Counted from the stretch's first letter, positions 1-8,544 are shown. The stretch: DNA of 19,418 nucleotides from Thermodesulfobacteriota bacterium (GCA_039715015.1 JBDLIE010000050.1:1-19418); one strand, 5' to 3'. Notes: generated by a model not told the origin, from the sequence alone. Program-made: numbers and translations.

Positions 1-345
1 GGCGGCTGTGTGATGTATATCTTTGTTCGCCATGTGGTGATCCGTAAACTAGGGCATTTGGCCGCCTCCACGGCCAATGATCTTGATGATCGCCTTGTCT
101 ATTTTGCCAGGCAATTTGTTGGCATTGTCATTCTCTTTTGCGTGGCAACACTTGTTTTGAAGGTCAATGGCGTGAAGATCTCGCCTCTCCCGGCAGGTGC
201 AGGTATCGTTGGTGTATCACTTGGTTTTGCCGCCAAGGAGACCATTGCCGATATCCTGGCCGGAATTTTTTTGATTGCTGACCAGCCCATTATCCGTTCG
301 GTGGATGATTCTGCGGGCAGAATGCTCACCGGTGTTTTGGTCTAG
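1..345 (+). pseudogene. Degenerate MscS-family small-conductance mechanosensitive channel; 5'-partial, with an apparent internal deletion and an in-frame TAG
   Basis: The frame is open from base 1. GVKISPLPAGAGIVGVSLGFAAKETIADILAGIFLIADQP matches the MscS TM2-TM3 signature, but the usual PFxxGDxI beta-domain does not follow. TAG at 343-345 is followed in the same frame by ARYMIEDVRMRTLIRSDVLQK (346 to about 410), which resembles an MscS C-terminal segment. Confidence 0.7.
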
Positions 346-469
346 GCCCGCTATATGATTGAAGACGTCCGCATGCGGACCCTCATTCGTTCCGATGTTT
401 TGCAGAAGGGTGCTCGGCCAAGGCTGGCTGGGGGAAATTTCAGGGTCCTAAATTCTTATTTTAAGGATA

Positions 470-1783
470 TCAGTTCTTCGCAGCATCAGCAGCCATCTGA
501 CGGGCAATCTCCCGCCGCATTTCATCTTTTTCATCCCGCATAAAGACGATAAAGCAGACACCGGCCACCAGGAGGCTGCCGGACATGGCAAAGGAGGTGG
601 CAAAACTGCCGGAGCTGACCTTGAGGGCCTGGGAGAATTTGCTCATGAAGAAACCGCCAATTCCCCAGGCCGTAAAGAGAATTCCGTAATTCATGCCGAA
701 ATGCTTCATGCCCCAGAGATCCTTGGCAAAGGTGGGGAATAATGCCAGATTAGCCCCGTAATTGAAACCGATACCTGTGGTCAAGATAATCAGCAAAATC
801 GCACTGGGTGACTGGGCGCCGATAATCGGGATGGCCCCGAACATCATCACCGCCTGCAGAGTAAAGACCCCGGCCAGGGTCCGGCTTCGGCCGGCCTTGT
901 CGGCAAGATAACCAGCGACAATACGGCCTCCGGCATTACCAATAGCCAGGATGGCCACCACCAGAAAGGCATTGCCCCCCATACTGCTTTTGGCCATGCC
1001 AGCGATGCTGCCGATAACCATCAGGCCGGCTCCGGCACCGATAAAATAGAGAAACCATACCCGCCAGAAATCAGGGGTCCTCATGACCTCCCGGGGGGAA
1101 AGATTGACATCGTCAAACTTGACGCAGGCAGCATATGTTTTTGAGGTAGGGTCGCGTCTGTCGACAAATCCTTCGGGGCGGTGGCCCTCCGGCGGGTTTT
1201 CTAAGAGCATGGCAAAGAGGCTAACCACAACAAGAAAAGCGATGCCGAAAAAAAGCATGGTTTGGCTCAGTCCCCAGGCACCAAGAAGATACTGGGCCAG
1301 GGGGGCAATATAGACCGAGGCCAGACCAAAGCCGGAGACGACAACCCCGGCAACAAGGCCCGATTTGCTGGCTGGAAACCATTTGAGGGCAGGGGGGGTG
1401 GCAGAGGAGTAGCCAAAGGCGATGCCCAGGCCCACCAAAACACCAAAGCCTATGATCCAACTCCAGTAGGCGCTGGACTGAGATATCCAGATAAAACCAA
1501 GACCGACCAAAAGAGCTCCGATGATCGCAGTGAGGCGCGGCCCATAGGTGTCTTGGCATTTGCCGGCGACCATCATGCCGAATGCAAAGATCAGGCAGCA
1601 AGCCGCGTAAGGGTCATTAAGGTTGGCCAAGTCCCAGGCAAAGGCATCTGGGCCGCCTGTCTCTATAGATTGTCTGATCGCCCCTTTGAAAATACTCCAG
1701 GTGTAAAGAATGCCCAGGGCAAGGTTAATGCCGGTGCCGGCAAGAACGACAACCCGACCTTTATTCTCTACTTCATCTGCCAT
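470..1783 (-). CDS. MFS transporter, OFA (oxalate/formate antiporter)-like family, 437 aa
   Basis: About 12 hydrophobic segments. Motifs GxLYxWSIF, GKCQDTYGPR, KWFP..GLVAGVVVSGFG, GRIVAGYLADKAGR and FGMNYGILFTAWGIGG are typical of OFA/MCT-like MFS proteins. Start moved to ATG 1783 because of a GAGGGA RBS (complement of 1791-1796). Confidence 0.9.
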   Translation of the reverse strand: MADEVENKGRVVVLAGTGINLALGILYTWSIFKGAIRQSIETGGPDAFAWDLANLNDPYAACCLIFAFGMMVAGKCQDTYGPRLTAIIGALLVGLGFIWISQSSAYWSWIIGFGVLVGLGIAFGYSSATPPALKWFPASKSGLVAGVVVSGFGLASVYIAPLAQYLLGAWGLSQTMLFFGIAFLVVVSLFAMLLENPPEGHRPEGFVDRRDPTSKTYAACVKFDDVNLSPREVMRTPDFWRVWFLYFIGAGAGLMVIGSIAGMAKSSMGGNAFLVVAILAIGNAGGRIVAGYLADKAGRSRTLAGVFTLQAVMMFGAIPIIGAQSPSAILLIILTTGIGFNYGANLALFPTFAKDLWGMKHFGMNYGILFTAWGIGGFFMSKFSQALKVSSGSFATSFAMSGSLLVAGVCFIVFMRDEKDEMRREIARQMAADAAKN

Positions 1784-1925
1784 GGTAAAATCCCTCAAGA
1801 AGGTGCGCAGCGGGCTGAACCCTGTGAAAAGTAATCCGTTGAATAGACGGACAAAAATAGCGTAAAAAAGAACAAGGCATACAGATGACAACTGCTGGAA
1901 GTATGTAAAAAAGTCCCTGCATTCG

Positions 1926-1955
1926 ATTACACTATCAGGACTCAAATGGTGTCAA
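1926..1955 (-). promoter_or_regulatory. Putative sigma70 promoter for the MFS gene
   Basis: The minus strand reads TTGACA-N18-TGTAAT, about 140 bp upstream of the MFS start codon. Confidence 0.5.
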
Positions 1956-1968
1956 GGCAAACCTGCAT

Positions 1969-2007
1969 TCTTCTGCTGTATTTATCTGAAACGACCATGC
2001 TATACTT
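1969..2007 (+). promoter_or_regulatory. Putative acnA promoter with extended -10 (TGCTATACT); copy 1 of a 39-bp shared motif
   Basis: TCTTCTGCTGTATTT-N10-ACCATGCTATACTT; both blocks recur identically at 8233-8271. Confidence 0.65.
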
Positions 2008-2128
2008 TTGATGATTGGCTATTAATGGAGCGATTCTCTCCGGGCCCATCAGGGCAGCGTGGCTAGAGGCAGGGGATCTGGCCGGGCAGTTCTAAAATTT
2101 ATTGAGACCAATTTCCCAGGAAAAAATC

Positions 2129-4870
2129 ATGAAAAAACAGGATTTTTTTAAAAAGATGGTCGCAGGTTCCCGTGAGTTTTGTTTCTACGATATCAACGGG
2201 ATGGAAGAGCATGGTTTTGCGGTTGGCCATTTACCCTTTGCCATCAAGATTTTGGCTGAAAACGTCCTGCGCAACATGGGTGAGGAGGGTGTCTCTGAGG
2301 CGGATCTTAGAAATATTGCCGGCTGGCAGAAGGAGTATAAAGAACCGGTGGAGATTCCTTTCCATCCGGCCCGGGTCCTCATGCAGGATTTTACCGGGGT
2401 GCCGGCAGTGGTTGATCTGGCCGCCATGCGGGATGCTCTCCAGAAGTTGGGGGGAGATCCACAGAGGATTAATCCGGTTATCCCGGTTGATTTGATTGTC
2501 GACCACTCGGTGCAGGTGGACCAATACGGCTCCGCTGAAGCCTTGGCCCATAATGTTGAAAAGGAGTACCAGCGCAATTCCGAGCGCTATGCCTTTTTAA
2601 AGTGGGCCCAGGATAATTTTGATAATTTCAATGTGGTGCCGCCCAATTCCGGTATTTGTCATCAGGTCAACCTGGAGTATCTGGCCCAGGTGATTGTTGC
2701 AGCAGGCCAGCAGGAAGAGAGCACGCTCTATCCGGACACCCTGGTTGGCACCGATTCCCATACAACCATGATTAACGGCATCGGCGTCATGGGCTGGGGG
2801 GTAGGGGGAATTGAGGCCGAGGCAGTGATGCTGGGGCAGCCCTATTTTATGGCCATTCCCCAGGTCATCGGGGTGCGCCTTGATGGAGAGCTTAAGGCCG
2901 GAGTGACGGCCACCGATCTTGTCTTGACCATCACAGAGAGGTTGCGAAACTATAACGTGGTGGAGAAATTTGTGGAATTTTTTGGGCCGGGCATGAAGAG
3001 GCTCAGCGTTACAGATCGGGCAACCATAGCCAACATGAGCCCGGAATATGGCGCCACCATGGGTTTTTTTCCGGTTGATGAAAAAACCATCGACTACCTT
3101 AATATGACCAACCGAGCCGAGCAGGCTCAAATTGTCGAAGCTTACTGCAAGCAACAGGGGCTGTTTTATAGCGGCGAGAACAGCCAGCAATACAGCGATG
3201 TTGTAGAAATAGATCTCGCAGAGGTTGAGACCTGCATGGCTGGCCCCAGCCGGCCTCAGGATAGAATAGCCTTGGCTGATCTCGAAGACGCATTTCAGGC
3301 CTTTTTAAAGGAAGGCCGTCATCAAAATGCCAGCCTCATCCAGATCTCTCAGTTCTTTGACGAGTCTGGCTGCGTCACCTGCCGGGATAATGTCTGCCTG
3401 CCCTGTGCTAAGCATGAAGCGGTAACCGTTAATATCGACAACCAGCAAGCATATCTTGCGGACGGCAGTCTTGTTATTGCTGCCATCACCTCCTGCACTA
3501 ACACCTCCAACCCTGCTGTGCTTATCGGTGCCGGTCTCCTGGCCAGAAACGCCGTGGCCAAAGGGCTCAAGGTCCCTGTCCATGTCAAAACCTCTCTGGC
3601 GCCGGGTTCCAAGGTGGTGATCCGTTATCTCGAAGAGAGCGGCTTGCTCTCCTCGTTGGAAAGCCTCGGCTTTTATGTGGCAGGTCTGGGCTGCACAACG
3701 TGCATCGGTAACAGCGGTCCACTGCATCCGGAGATCGGCAAGGCCATTGCTGAACACAACCTGGCCGTGGCCGCTGTGCTTTCCGGCAATCGCAATTTTG
3801 AGGCCCGGATTCACCAGAGTGTGAAGGGTAACTTTCTGGCCTCGCCCCTGCTGGTGGTGGCCTTTGCCTTGTGCGGCCGTATCGACGTGGATTTAAGCAG
3901 GGAGCCCTTAGGGGTGGATGAGCAGGGCTCCCCTGTCTACCTCAAGGATATCTGGCCTGCAGAATCTGAAATCCAAGATCTTGCCCTGAGCCATGTCCGG
4001 CAGGAACTCTTTGCTGAGGAGTATGCCTCCATCTTTACTGGTGACGAGCTCTGGCGAAATCTTCAGGTCCTGGAGCACAACACCTTTGCTTGGCAGGAGG
4101 ACTCTTCCTATATCAGAAATCCCCCTTATTTTGAGGGGCTCAAGAGGGAACCTTCTCCTCTGGAAGATGTGCTTGGGGCCCACGCTCTTCTTGCTCTTGG
4201 AGACTCCATCACCACCGATCATATCTCTCCGGCGGGCGCCATCCCTGAGGAGTACCCTGCCGGGCTATACCTTCAGAAGAGAGGTGTCAGCAAAGAGGCT
4301 TTCAACTCCTATGGCTCGCGGCGCGGTAATCATGAGGTGATGATGCGCGGCACCTTCGGCAACATCCGGCTGAAAAATAAGATCGCCGGCAACAAGGATG
4401 GCAGCTTTACCCTGAAGTTTCCGGAGGGCCAGGAAGAGTATATTTATGACGCGGCCTGTCAATATCAGGAGGAAGGTACACCCCTGATCATCCTGGCTGG
4501 CAAGGAGTATGGCACCGGCTCTTCCCGGGACTGGGCGGCCAAGGGCACAAATTTACTTGGAGTGAAGGCGGTGATTGCCCAGTCCTACGAGAGGATTCAC
4601 CGTAGTAACCTGGTGGGCATGGGTGTCTTGCCACTCCAGTTCAGGGATGGAGAAAGCTGGCAGGGCCTGGGCCTTGATGGCGCCGAGGTTTTTTCCATAG
4701 AGGGCATCAGCGAGATGTCCCCCCTGAAGATTTTGACCGTAAAGGCAGTGAAGGAAGATGGTCAGCTTGTCGTGTTTAAGGCCCTGGCCCGCCTCAACAC
4801 TGATATTGAGGTCACCTATTATCTGCATGGGGGTATCCTGCCCTATGTTTTGAGAAAGTTGAGCAGGTAA
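2129..4870 (+). CDS. acnA: Aconitate hydratase AcnA, 913 aa
   Basis: Motifs RVLMQDFTGVPAVVDLAAMR, DHSVQVD, GICHQVNLE, GTDSHT, ITSCTNTSN and GCTTCIGNSG (Fe-S cysteines), SGNRNFE, TTDHISP, GSSRDWAAKG. ATG 2129 follows AGGA. Confidence 0.97.
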   Translation: MKKQDFFKKMVAGSREFCFYDINGMEEHGFAVGHLPFAIKILAENVLRNMGEEGVSEADLRNIAGWQKEYKEPVEIPFHPARVLMQDFTGVPAVVDLAAMRDALQKLGGDPQRINPVIPVDLIVDHSVQVDQYGSAEALAHNVEKEYQRNSERYAFLKWAQDNFDNFNVVPPNSGICHQVNLEYLAQVIVAAGQQEESTLYPDTLVGTDSHTTMINGIGVMGWGVGGIEAEAVMLGQPYFMAIPQVIGVRLDGELKAGVTATDLVLTITERLRNYNVVEKFVEFFGPGMKRLSVTDRATIANMSPEYGATMGFFPVDEKTIDYLNMTNRAEQAQIVEAYCKQQGLFYSGENSQQYSDVVEIDLAEVETCMAGPSRPQDRIALADLEDAFQAFLKEGRHQNASLIQISQFFDESGCVTCRDNVCLPCAKHEAVTVNIDNQQAYLADGSLVIAAITSCTNTSNPAVLIGAGLLARNAVAKGLKVPVHVKTSLAPGSKVVIRYLEESGLLSSLESLGFYVAGLGCTTCIGNSGPLHPEIGKAIAEHNLAVAAVLSGNRNFEARIHQSVKGNFLASPLLVVAFALCGRIDVDLSREPLGVDEQGSPVYLKDIWPAESEIQDLALSHVRQELFAEEYASIFTGDELWRNLQVLEHNTFAWQEDSSYIRNPPYFEGLKREPSPLEDVLGAHALLALGDSITTDHISPAGAIPEEYPAGLYLQKRGVSKEAFNSYGSRRGNHEVMMRGTFGNIRLKNKIAGNKDGSFTLKFPEGQEEYIYDAACQYQEEGTPLIILAGKEYGTGSSRDWAAKGTNLLGVKAVIAQSYERIHRSNLVGMGVLPLQFRDGESWQGLGLDGAEVFSIEGISEMSPLKILTVKAVKEDGQLVVFKALARLNTDIEVTYYLHGGILPYVLRKLSR

Positions 4871-4883
4871 TTTTTTTCCGGCA

Positions 4884-4913
4884 TTGACTTTAAAAAACCA
4901 GTGGAGACACAAT
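4884..4913 (+). promoter_or_regulatory. Possible sigma70 promoter for the UPF0316 gene
   Basis: TTGACT-N18-CACAAT, followed by an AGGAG RBS before ATG 4959. Confidence 0.35.
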
Positions 4914-4958
4914 GGCAAGAGCTTCATTGCATAGCCGCCACACCTAGGAGCCTGCGCC

Positions 4959-5465
4959 ATGAACCCCGCTATCCTCTTTATTCTGATTATCTGTGTTCGT
5001 ACGATCAGTATCACCTTTGGCTCCTTGCGAGATATTTATCGTCTTAAAAAGCAGATTATGGTGGTGATTGGTACCAGTGCCATTGAGGTGTCGCTATGGC
5101 TTGTGATAATCTCCAAAGCACTTGAGCAGATCAGGTCAGAGCCTTTTTATGCCGTAATCTACGGTATCGGTTTTGCTATTGGCAGTGTGCTTGGCGTCTT
5201 GGTGGAGAGAAACATCCCCTTGGGAAATGCCCAGGTAATTTTTTTCGCACCCAAAGATCTGGCTCTTGCCGAAGTCATCCATCAAAACGGTTTTGCCGCA
5301 ACAACCATCAAAGGCCATGGACTTAAAGAGAATATTGATGTGGTCTTTTGTTACGTCCAGAAGCGAGAGGTCCGCCATCTTCAGGATATTTTGCCTCAAG
5401 ATGAGCGACTGTTCTACACCATGGATTACGGTATTAAATCGAGCAAGCTGACACGGTTCATGTAA
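4959..5465 (+). CDS. UPF0316 / DUF5698-DUF2179 family membrane protein (YebE-like), 168 aa
   Basis: Three N-terminal TM segments with R..SITFGSLR, EVSLWLV and YGIGFAIGSVLGVLVE..IPLG, then a soluble C-terminal domain (GFAATTIKGHG). RBS AGGAG. Confidence 0.85.
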   Translation: MNPAILFILIICVRTISITFGSLRDIYRLKKQIMVVIGTSAIEVSLWLVIISKALEQIRSEPFYAVIYGIGFAIGSVLGVLVERNIPLGNAQVIFFAPKDLALAEVIHQNGFAATTIKGHGLKENIDVVFCYVQKREVRHLQDILPQDERLFYTMDYGIKSSKLTRFM

Positions 5466-5467
5466 CG

Positions 5468-5686
5468 GCTAATCACATTTCATAATGTGATTAGCACTAA
5501 TCTTCAGCTGTTTTGAGGCACGATTTCGTAGGAGCCTGCCCCTGCAGGCGATAGAGAGGCTATTTCATCATCACGCCTTGCCCACATCGCCCGCAGGGGC
5601 GGGCTCCTACAATTCAAACCTTACGAGTGTTTAGCCGCCATAATAATCAAGATTGGCTGAGATTCGAAGGTAATCACATTTCATAA
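5468..5686. repeat. 16-bp direct repeat (TAATCACATTTCATAA at 5470-5485 and 5671-5686); the first copy lies in a perfect 12-bp-stem palindrome (5468-5495)
   Basis: GCTAATCACATT-TCAT-AATGTGATTAGC is read directly from the sequence, and the 16-mer recurs exactly 201 bp downstream. Confidence 0.85.
5528..5610. repeat. GTAG-type REP doublet (REPIN-like): two inverted 25-bp REPs with a 33-bp spacer
   Basis: GTAGGAGCCTGCCCCTGCAGGCGAT (5528-5552) and the reverse complement of 5586-5610, GTAGGAGCCCGCCCCTGCGGGCGAT. Each has a GTAG foot plus an internal hairpin, and the two differences are compensatory. Confidence 0.85.
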
Positions 5687-5819
5687 AGTAGTTTCATCGT
5701 CTCTCCAAATTTTTCTCAACAGTATCAATGCATTTCGATTCTTAACTGCTTATAGCACCATTGCCTTTGGCGTGGTTCAACAACACCTTGGCACACCAGC
5801 TGACTTTTCTTGTTAATCA

Positions 5820-5874
5820 GTAACGCGTTACCAAAGGGTAGCTTGCGGCAGGCTGAATGTGTCTGTTTGGTAAC
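5820..5874. promoter_or_regulatory. Candidate upstream activator (bEBP) sites
   Basis: Perfect palindrome GTAACGCGTTAC (5820-5831) and inverted pair GTTACCAAA (5827-5835) / TTTGGTAAC (5866-5874), 40-95 bp upstream of the sigma54 motif. Confidence 0.5.
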
Positions 5875-5914
5875 ACGGTTGGCCGTGAAGGCCTGTGGTG
5901 CGGATGAAAAAAGA

Positions 5915-5930
5915 TGGAACGGGACTTGCA
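5915..5930 (+). promoter_or_regulatory. sigma54 (-24/-12) promoter for the cytochrome operon
   Basis: TGGAACGGGACTTGCA against consensus TGGCACG-N4-TTGCW: one mismatch, exact GG-N10-GC spacing, oriented toward 6057. Confidence 0.7.
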
Positions 5931-6056
5931 AACTACAAGTTTAAGAAAAGAGGAAGGTTGAATTTCTCCTTTTCGAGCAGGCTCCGCCTGACATGTTGAA
6001 TGGATGATTTTTTTACAAACTAGTTTTGAAATCTAAACCGAAAAGGAGGTGATTAA

Positions 6057-6617
6057 ATGGAATTAGAGGGACCCAAACATCCCAGCAGTAAAAAGGCGTT
6101 GTGGGTCGGTCTGTCCATGGGGGTGGTTCTTGCCCTGGTTACTGTTTTGGCGTCTGGATTCATGGTTGAAACCACCAACACAGATAAATTTTGTGTCAGT
6201 TGCCACGCCATGACACCTTTTCGGATGTCGTGGAAAGAGTCGGTGCATGGCGGCCAGAACCCGCAGGGCTTTGCAGCCCAATGTGTGGACTGTCATCTGC
6301 CCCACGGAAACTTTGTTGAGTATCTGACGACAAAGGCGATTACCGGTACCGGCGATGTTATTCACAATGTGACGTTTGACCCGGAGAAGTTCGACTGGGC
6401 AGCAAATGCTGAAAAGAATCGGCTGGATTTCACCTTTGACAGCGCCTGTAAGGCCTGCCACCACAATTTGACTCCACCTGGCATCCCCAGAGGGGGGCTC
6501 ATTGCCCACCGAGCGTATCTCAGTGGTGAGACAAGAAAACAGTGCGCCGAATGTCATCCCCATGTTGGCCATAAGGACATGTTGGAAACCGCCACCACGT
6601 TTTTTCAACAACAATGA
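6057..6617 (+). CDS. NapC/NirT/NrfH-family membrane-anchored tetraheme cytochrome c (quinol dehydrogenase), 186 aa
   Basis: N-terminal TM helix and four CxxCH motifs (CVSCHAM, CVDCHLPH, CKACH, CAECHPHVGH). Strong RBS AAGGAGGT. Confidence 0.92.
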   Translation: MELEGPKHPSSKKALWVGLSMGVVLALVTVLASGFMVETTNTDKFCVSCHAMTPFRMSWKESVHGGQNPQGFAAQCVDCHLPHGNFVEYLTTKAITGTGDVIHNVTFDPEKFDWAANAEKNRLDFTFDSACKACHHNLTPPGIPRGGLIAHRAYLSGETRKQCAECHPHVGHKDMLETATTFFQQQ

Positions 6618-6657
6618 TCACCGTTAGATTGGTAAAGAGAAGAGGGAGGAAACAACG

Positions 6658-8028
6658 ATGAGAGAGAAAATTTTACAAAGAGGGCTGATGGGTTCAGCGC
6701 TGCTCGCGGGCGCCTTGCTGGTCGGTGCAACCACGGTCCAGGCTGCGGCCATGCCCAATATGGCCCCCAAAGAGGTTGTTGTCAAACGGTCGATTTCCAA
6801 AGAGGCGGCAGCCTGTATCGAGTGCCACGCCAAAAAGACCCCGGGAATTATTGAGGCCTGGAAAAACGGCAAAATGGGACATGCCAACATCACCTGTTAT
6901 GACTGCCATAGCGTGGAGAAAACCTCCCCCATGGCCAGTCAATGTTCCGGCATCAAGGGCAGTAAGACCTTTATCTCCCCCATGGTCTCATCAAAGACCT
7001 GTGCCCGCTGTCATCCGGCCGAGGTTGATCAGTTTATGAACAGCGCCCATGCCGATCTTTCCAGGATCGCCGTTTACGACGAGAAGAAGGCGGGCGGCAA
7101 GCTGGTGGCCCTGCAGCTCCACCATGAGGGTGGTGAATTCATGGGTGTCGAGAAAGGCTCTGCAGCCAACAACGCCTCCCGTCAATCAGGATGTCAGGTC
7201 TGTCATGGTTCTGAGGTCAAGGTTGGTCCTGATAATAAGCCAATTGCCGGGACCTGGCCGGCCGGTGTCGGCACCCTCTATCCGGACGGCTCGGTGGGCA
7301 CCTGTACGGTCTGCCATACCCGCCATCAATTTTCCGTGGCTGAGGCCAGAAAACCGGAGGCCTGCGCCAGCTGTCATCTTGGCCCGGATCATCCAGATAT
7401 CGAGATCTATCTTGAGAGTAAGCATGGCCAGATCTACCTCACCCAGGGTGAGGAGTGGAACTGGGATGCTGCCCCTGATACCTGGCAACCTGGTGACTAT
7501 ACGGCTCCCACCTGTGCAGTCTGCCACATGAGCGGTATTGGTGAACTGGCAACCACCCATAATGTTGAAGAACGCCTGCATTGGGACCTGATGCATAAGC
7601 GTAGTGAGGTGAGAAGCGGCATCCACGGCAACGGCGAGAAAGGCCGGCAGAATATGCGCAAGGTCTGCGTTAACTGTCATGGTCCGAGCCATACCGCCAC
7701 CCAGGAAAAAACAGTGGATGATGCGGTTGCCCTTTACAATACGTACTGGGACGGAGCTGTAAAAATGAAGGCTGATTTGAAGGCCAAGGGGCTGCTGAAA
7801 AAAGACGCCTGGCGTGACGGCTTTCAGGAGCTGATGTACTACCTCTGGCACCATACCGGTAGGAGGGCTCGTCAGGGTGCGGCAATGAACGCCCCGGACT
7901 ATGCCCACTGGCATGGCTTTTTTCAGATTTTTCAGGTCTACAAGGATATGGAAGATATCTACAACCACCGTATTAAGAATAACAAAATCGAGGATCTCAG
8001 TACTGTCATGAGTACTGGGCCTACTTGA
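6658..8028 (+). CDS. Octaheme hydroxylamine oxidoreductase-like cytochrome c (epsilon-Hao / reductive type), 456 aa
   Basis: Sec signal peptide and eight CxxCH motifs in Hao spacing. Family motifs [44 protein letters not shown] and [23 protein letters not shown]. Confidence 0.92.
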   Translation: MREKILQRGLMGSALLAGALLVGATTVQAAAMPNMAPKEVVVKRSISKEAAACIECHAKKTPGIIEAWKNGKMGHANITCYDCHSVEKTSPMASQCSGIKGSKTFISPMVSSKTCARCHPAEVDQFMNSAHADLSRIAVYDEKKAGGKLVALQLHHEGGEFMGVEKGSAANNASRQSGCQVCHGSEVKVGPDNKPIAGTWPAGVGTLYPDGSVGTCTVCHTRHQFSVAEARKPEACASCHLGPDHPDIEIYLESKHGQIYLTQGEEWNWDAAPDTWQPGDYTAPTCAVCHMSGIGELATTHNVEERLHWDLMHKRSEVRSGIHGNGEKGRQNMRKVCVNCHGPSHTATQEKTVDDAVALYNTYWDGAVKMKADLKAKGLLKKDAWRDGFQELMYYLWHHTGRRARQGAAMNAPDYAHWHGFFQIFQVYKDMEDIYNHRIKNNKIEDLSTVMSTGPT

Positions 8029-8073
8029 TAAAAACGGGGAAGCAAGATCTGGAGGATAGATCGCTCCCTTATG

Positions 8074-8115
8074 AAAAAAGAGCCTTCAGCCCTTGCGGTT
8101 GGAGGCTCTTTTTTT
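8074..8115 (+). terminator. Rho-independent terminator, probably bidirectional
   Basis: AAAAAAGAGCCTTCAGCC-CTTGC-GGTTGGAGGCTCTTTTTTT: a GC stem with flanking A and T tracts just after the Hao-like gene. Confidence 0.9.
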
Positions 8116-8232
8116 ATGCGGCCACCCAATCGTTTTGGCAGACGAAAAATACAGAGGCCGCGCTAAAAAGGGCTCTCCTTGTTCAGCCTCGTCGTCATCT
8201 AGAGGCCTCTTTAAGAACTGTAACGCCTCAAC

Positions 8233-8271
8233 TCTTCTGCTGTATTTCATCGCAACAACCATGCTATACTT
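8233..8271 (+). promoter_or_regulatory. Putative promoter for the putA' fragment and ABC operon; copy 2 of the 39-bp motif
   Basis: TCTTCTGCTGTATTT-N10-ACCATGCTATACTT, with both blocks identical to 1969-2007. Confidence 0.65.
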
Positions 8272-8331
8272 GTTTTGTCCAGGAGATGCGTTGCCGTCTT
8301 TTATTATCTAAGCCATGGAGGAAGTCTGGCA

Positions 8332-8505
8332 ATGGCGGCAGATCAGGCACGGATCAACAAGCGGATTACAGGGCTTGGCGAACAGTATTGGCAGCGGATG
8401 AAGGGCGAGATGCCCAGCCTTTTTAACAGTCATTACCGGCAGGGCCATCTTCTTGACTGGGTCATGGATGATGAGGCCTTTCAGGTTGATGTCTTCCTCC
8501 TTTAA
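8332..8505 (+). pseudogene. Truncated duplicate of the putA 5' end (57-codon ORF)
   Basis: 8332-8497 aligns without gaps to 12872-13037 (13 mismatches in 166 bp by hand count), then diverges to TAA. It has its own GGAGG RBS. Confidence 0.9.
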
Positions 8506-8544
8506 ATTGGTGGAGGATTGCCCTGTTTAGCTTGAGGAGGGGTT

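Noticed and set aside
343..345. In-frame TAG as pyrrolysine or stop-codon readthrough
   Set aside because: The gene has other lesions, TAG ends intact genes here (12688-12690, 17933-17935), and no pyl genes are visible.
1784..1945. 54-codon N-terminal extension of the MFS ORF
   Set aside because: It overlaps the predicted promoter and is not MFS-like; ATG 1783 has a good RBS.
5473..5490. CRP/FNR site (contains TCACA and TGTGA)
   Set aside because: The half-sites are in reversed order with an 8-bp spacer (TCACA-N8-TGTGA), not TGTGA-N6-TCACA.
5788..5804. Second sigma54 promoter at TTGGCAC
   Set aside because: The -12 position reads CTGA and lacks the required GC.
5725..5931. 68-aa minus-strand ORF
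   Set aside because: No recognisable motif or RBS; it overlaps the regulatory region of the cytochrome operon.
5945..6050. Riboswitch in the cytochrome operon leader
   Set aside because: Only weak, imperfect hairpins; no aptamer consensus I can recognise.
8025..8426. 133-aa ORF and the overlapping 72-aa ORF (8093-8311)
   Set aside because: They run through the terminator and promoter, and the 133-aa ORF crosses the putA stub out of frame; no protein-like features.
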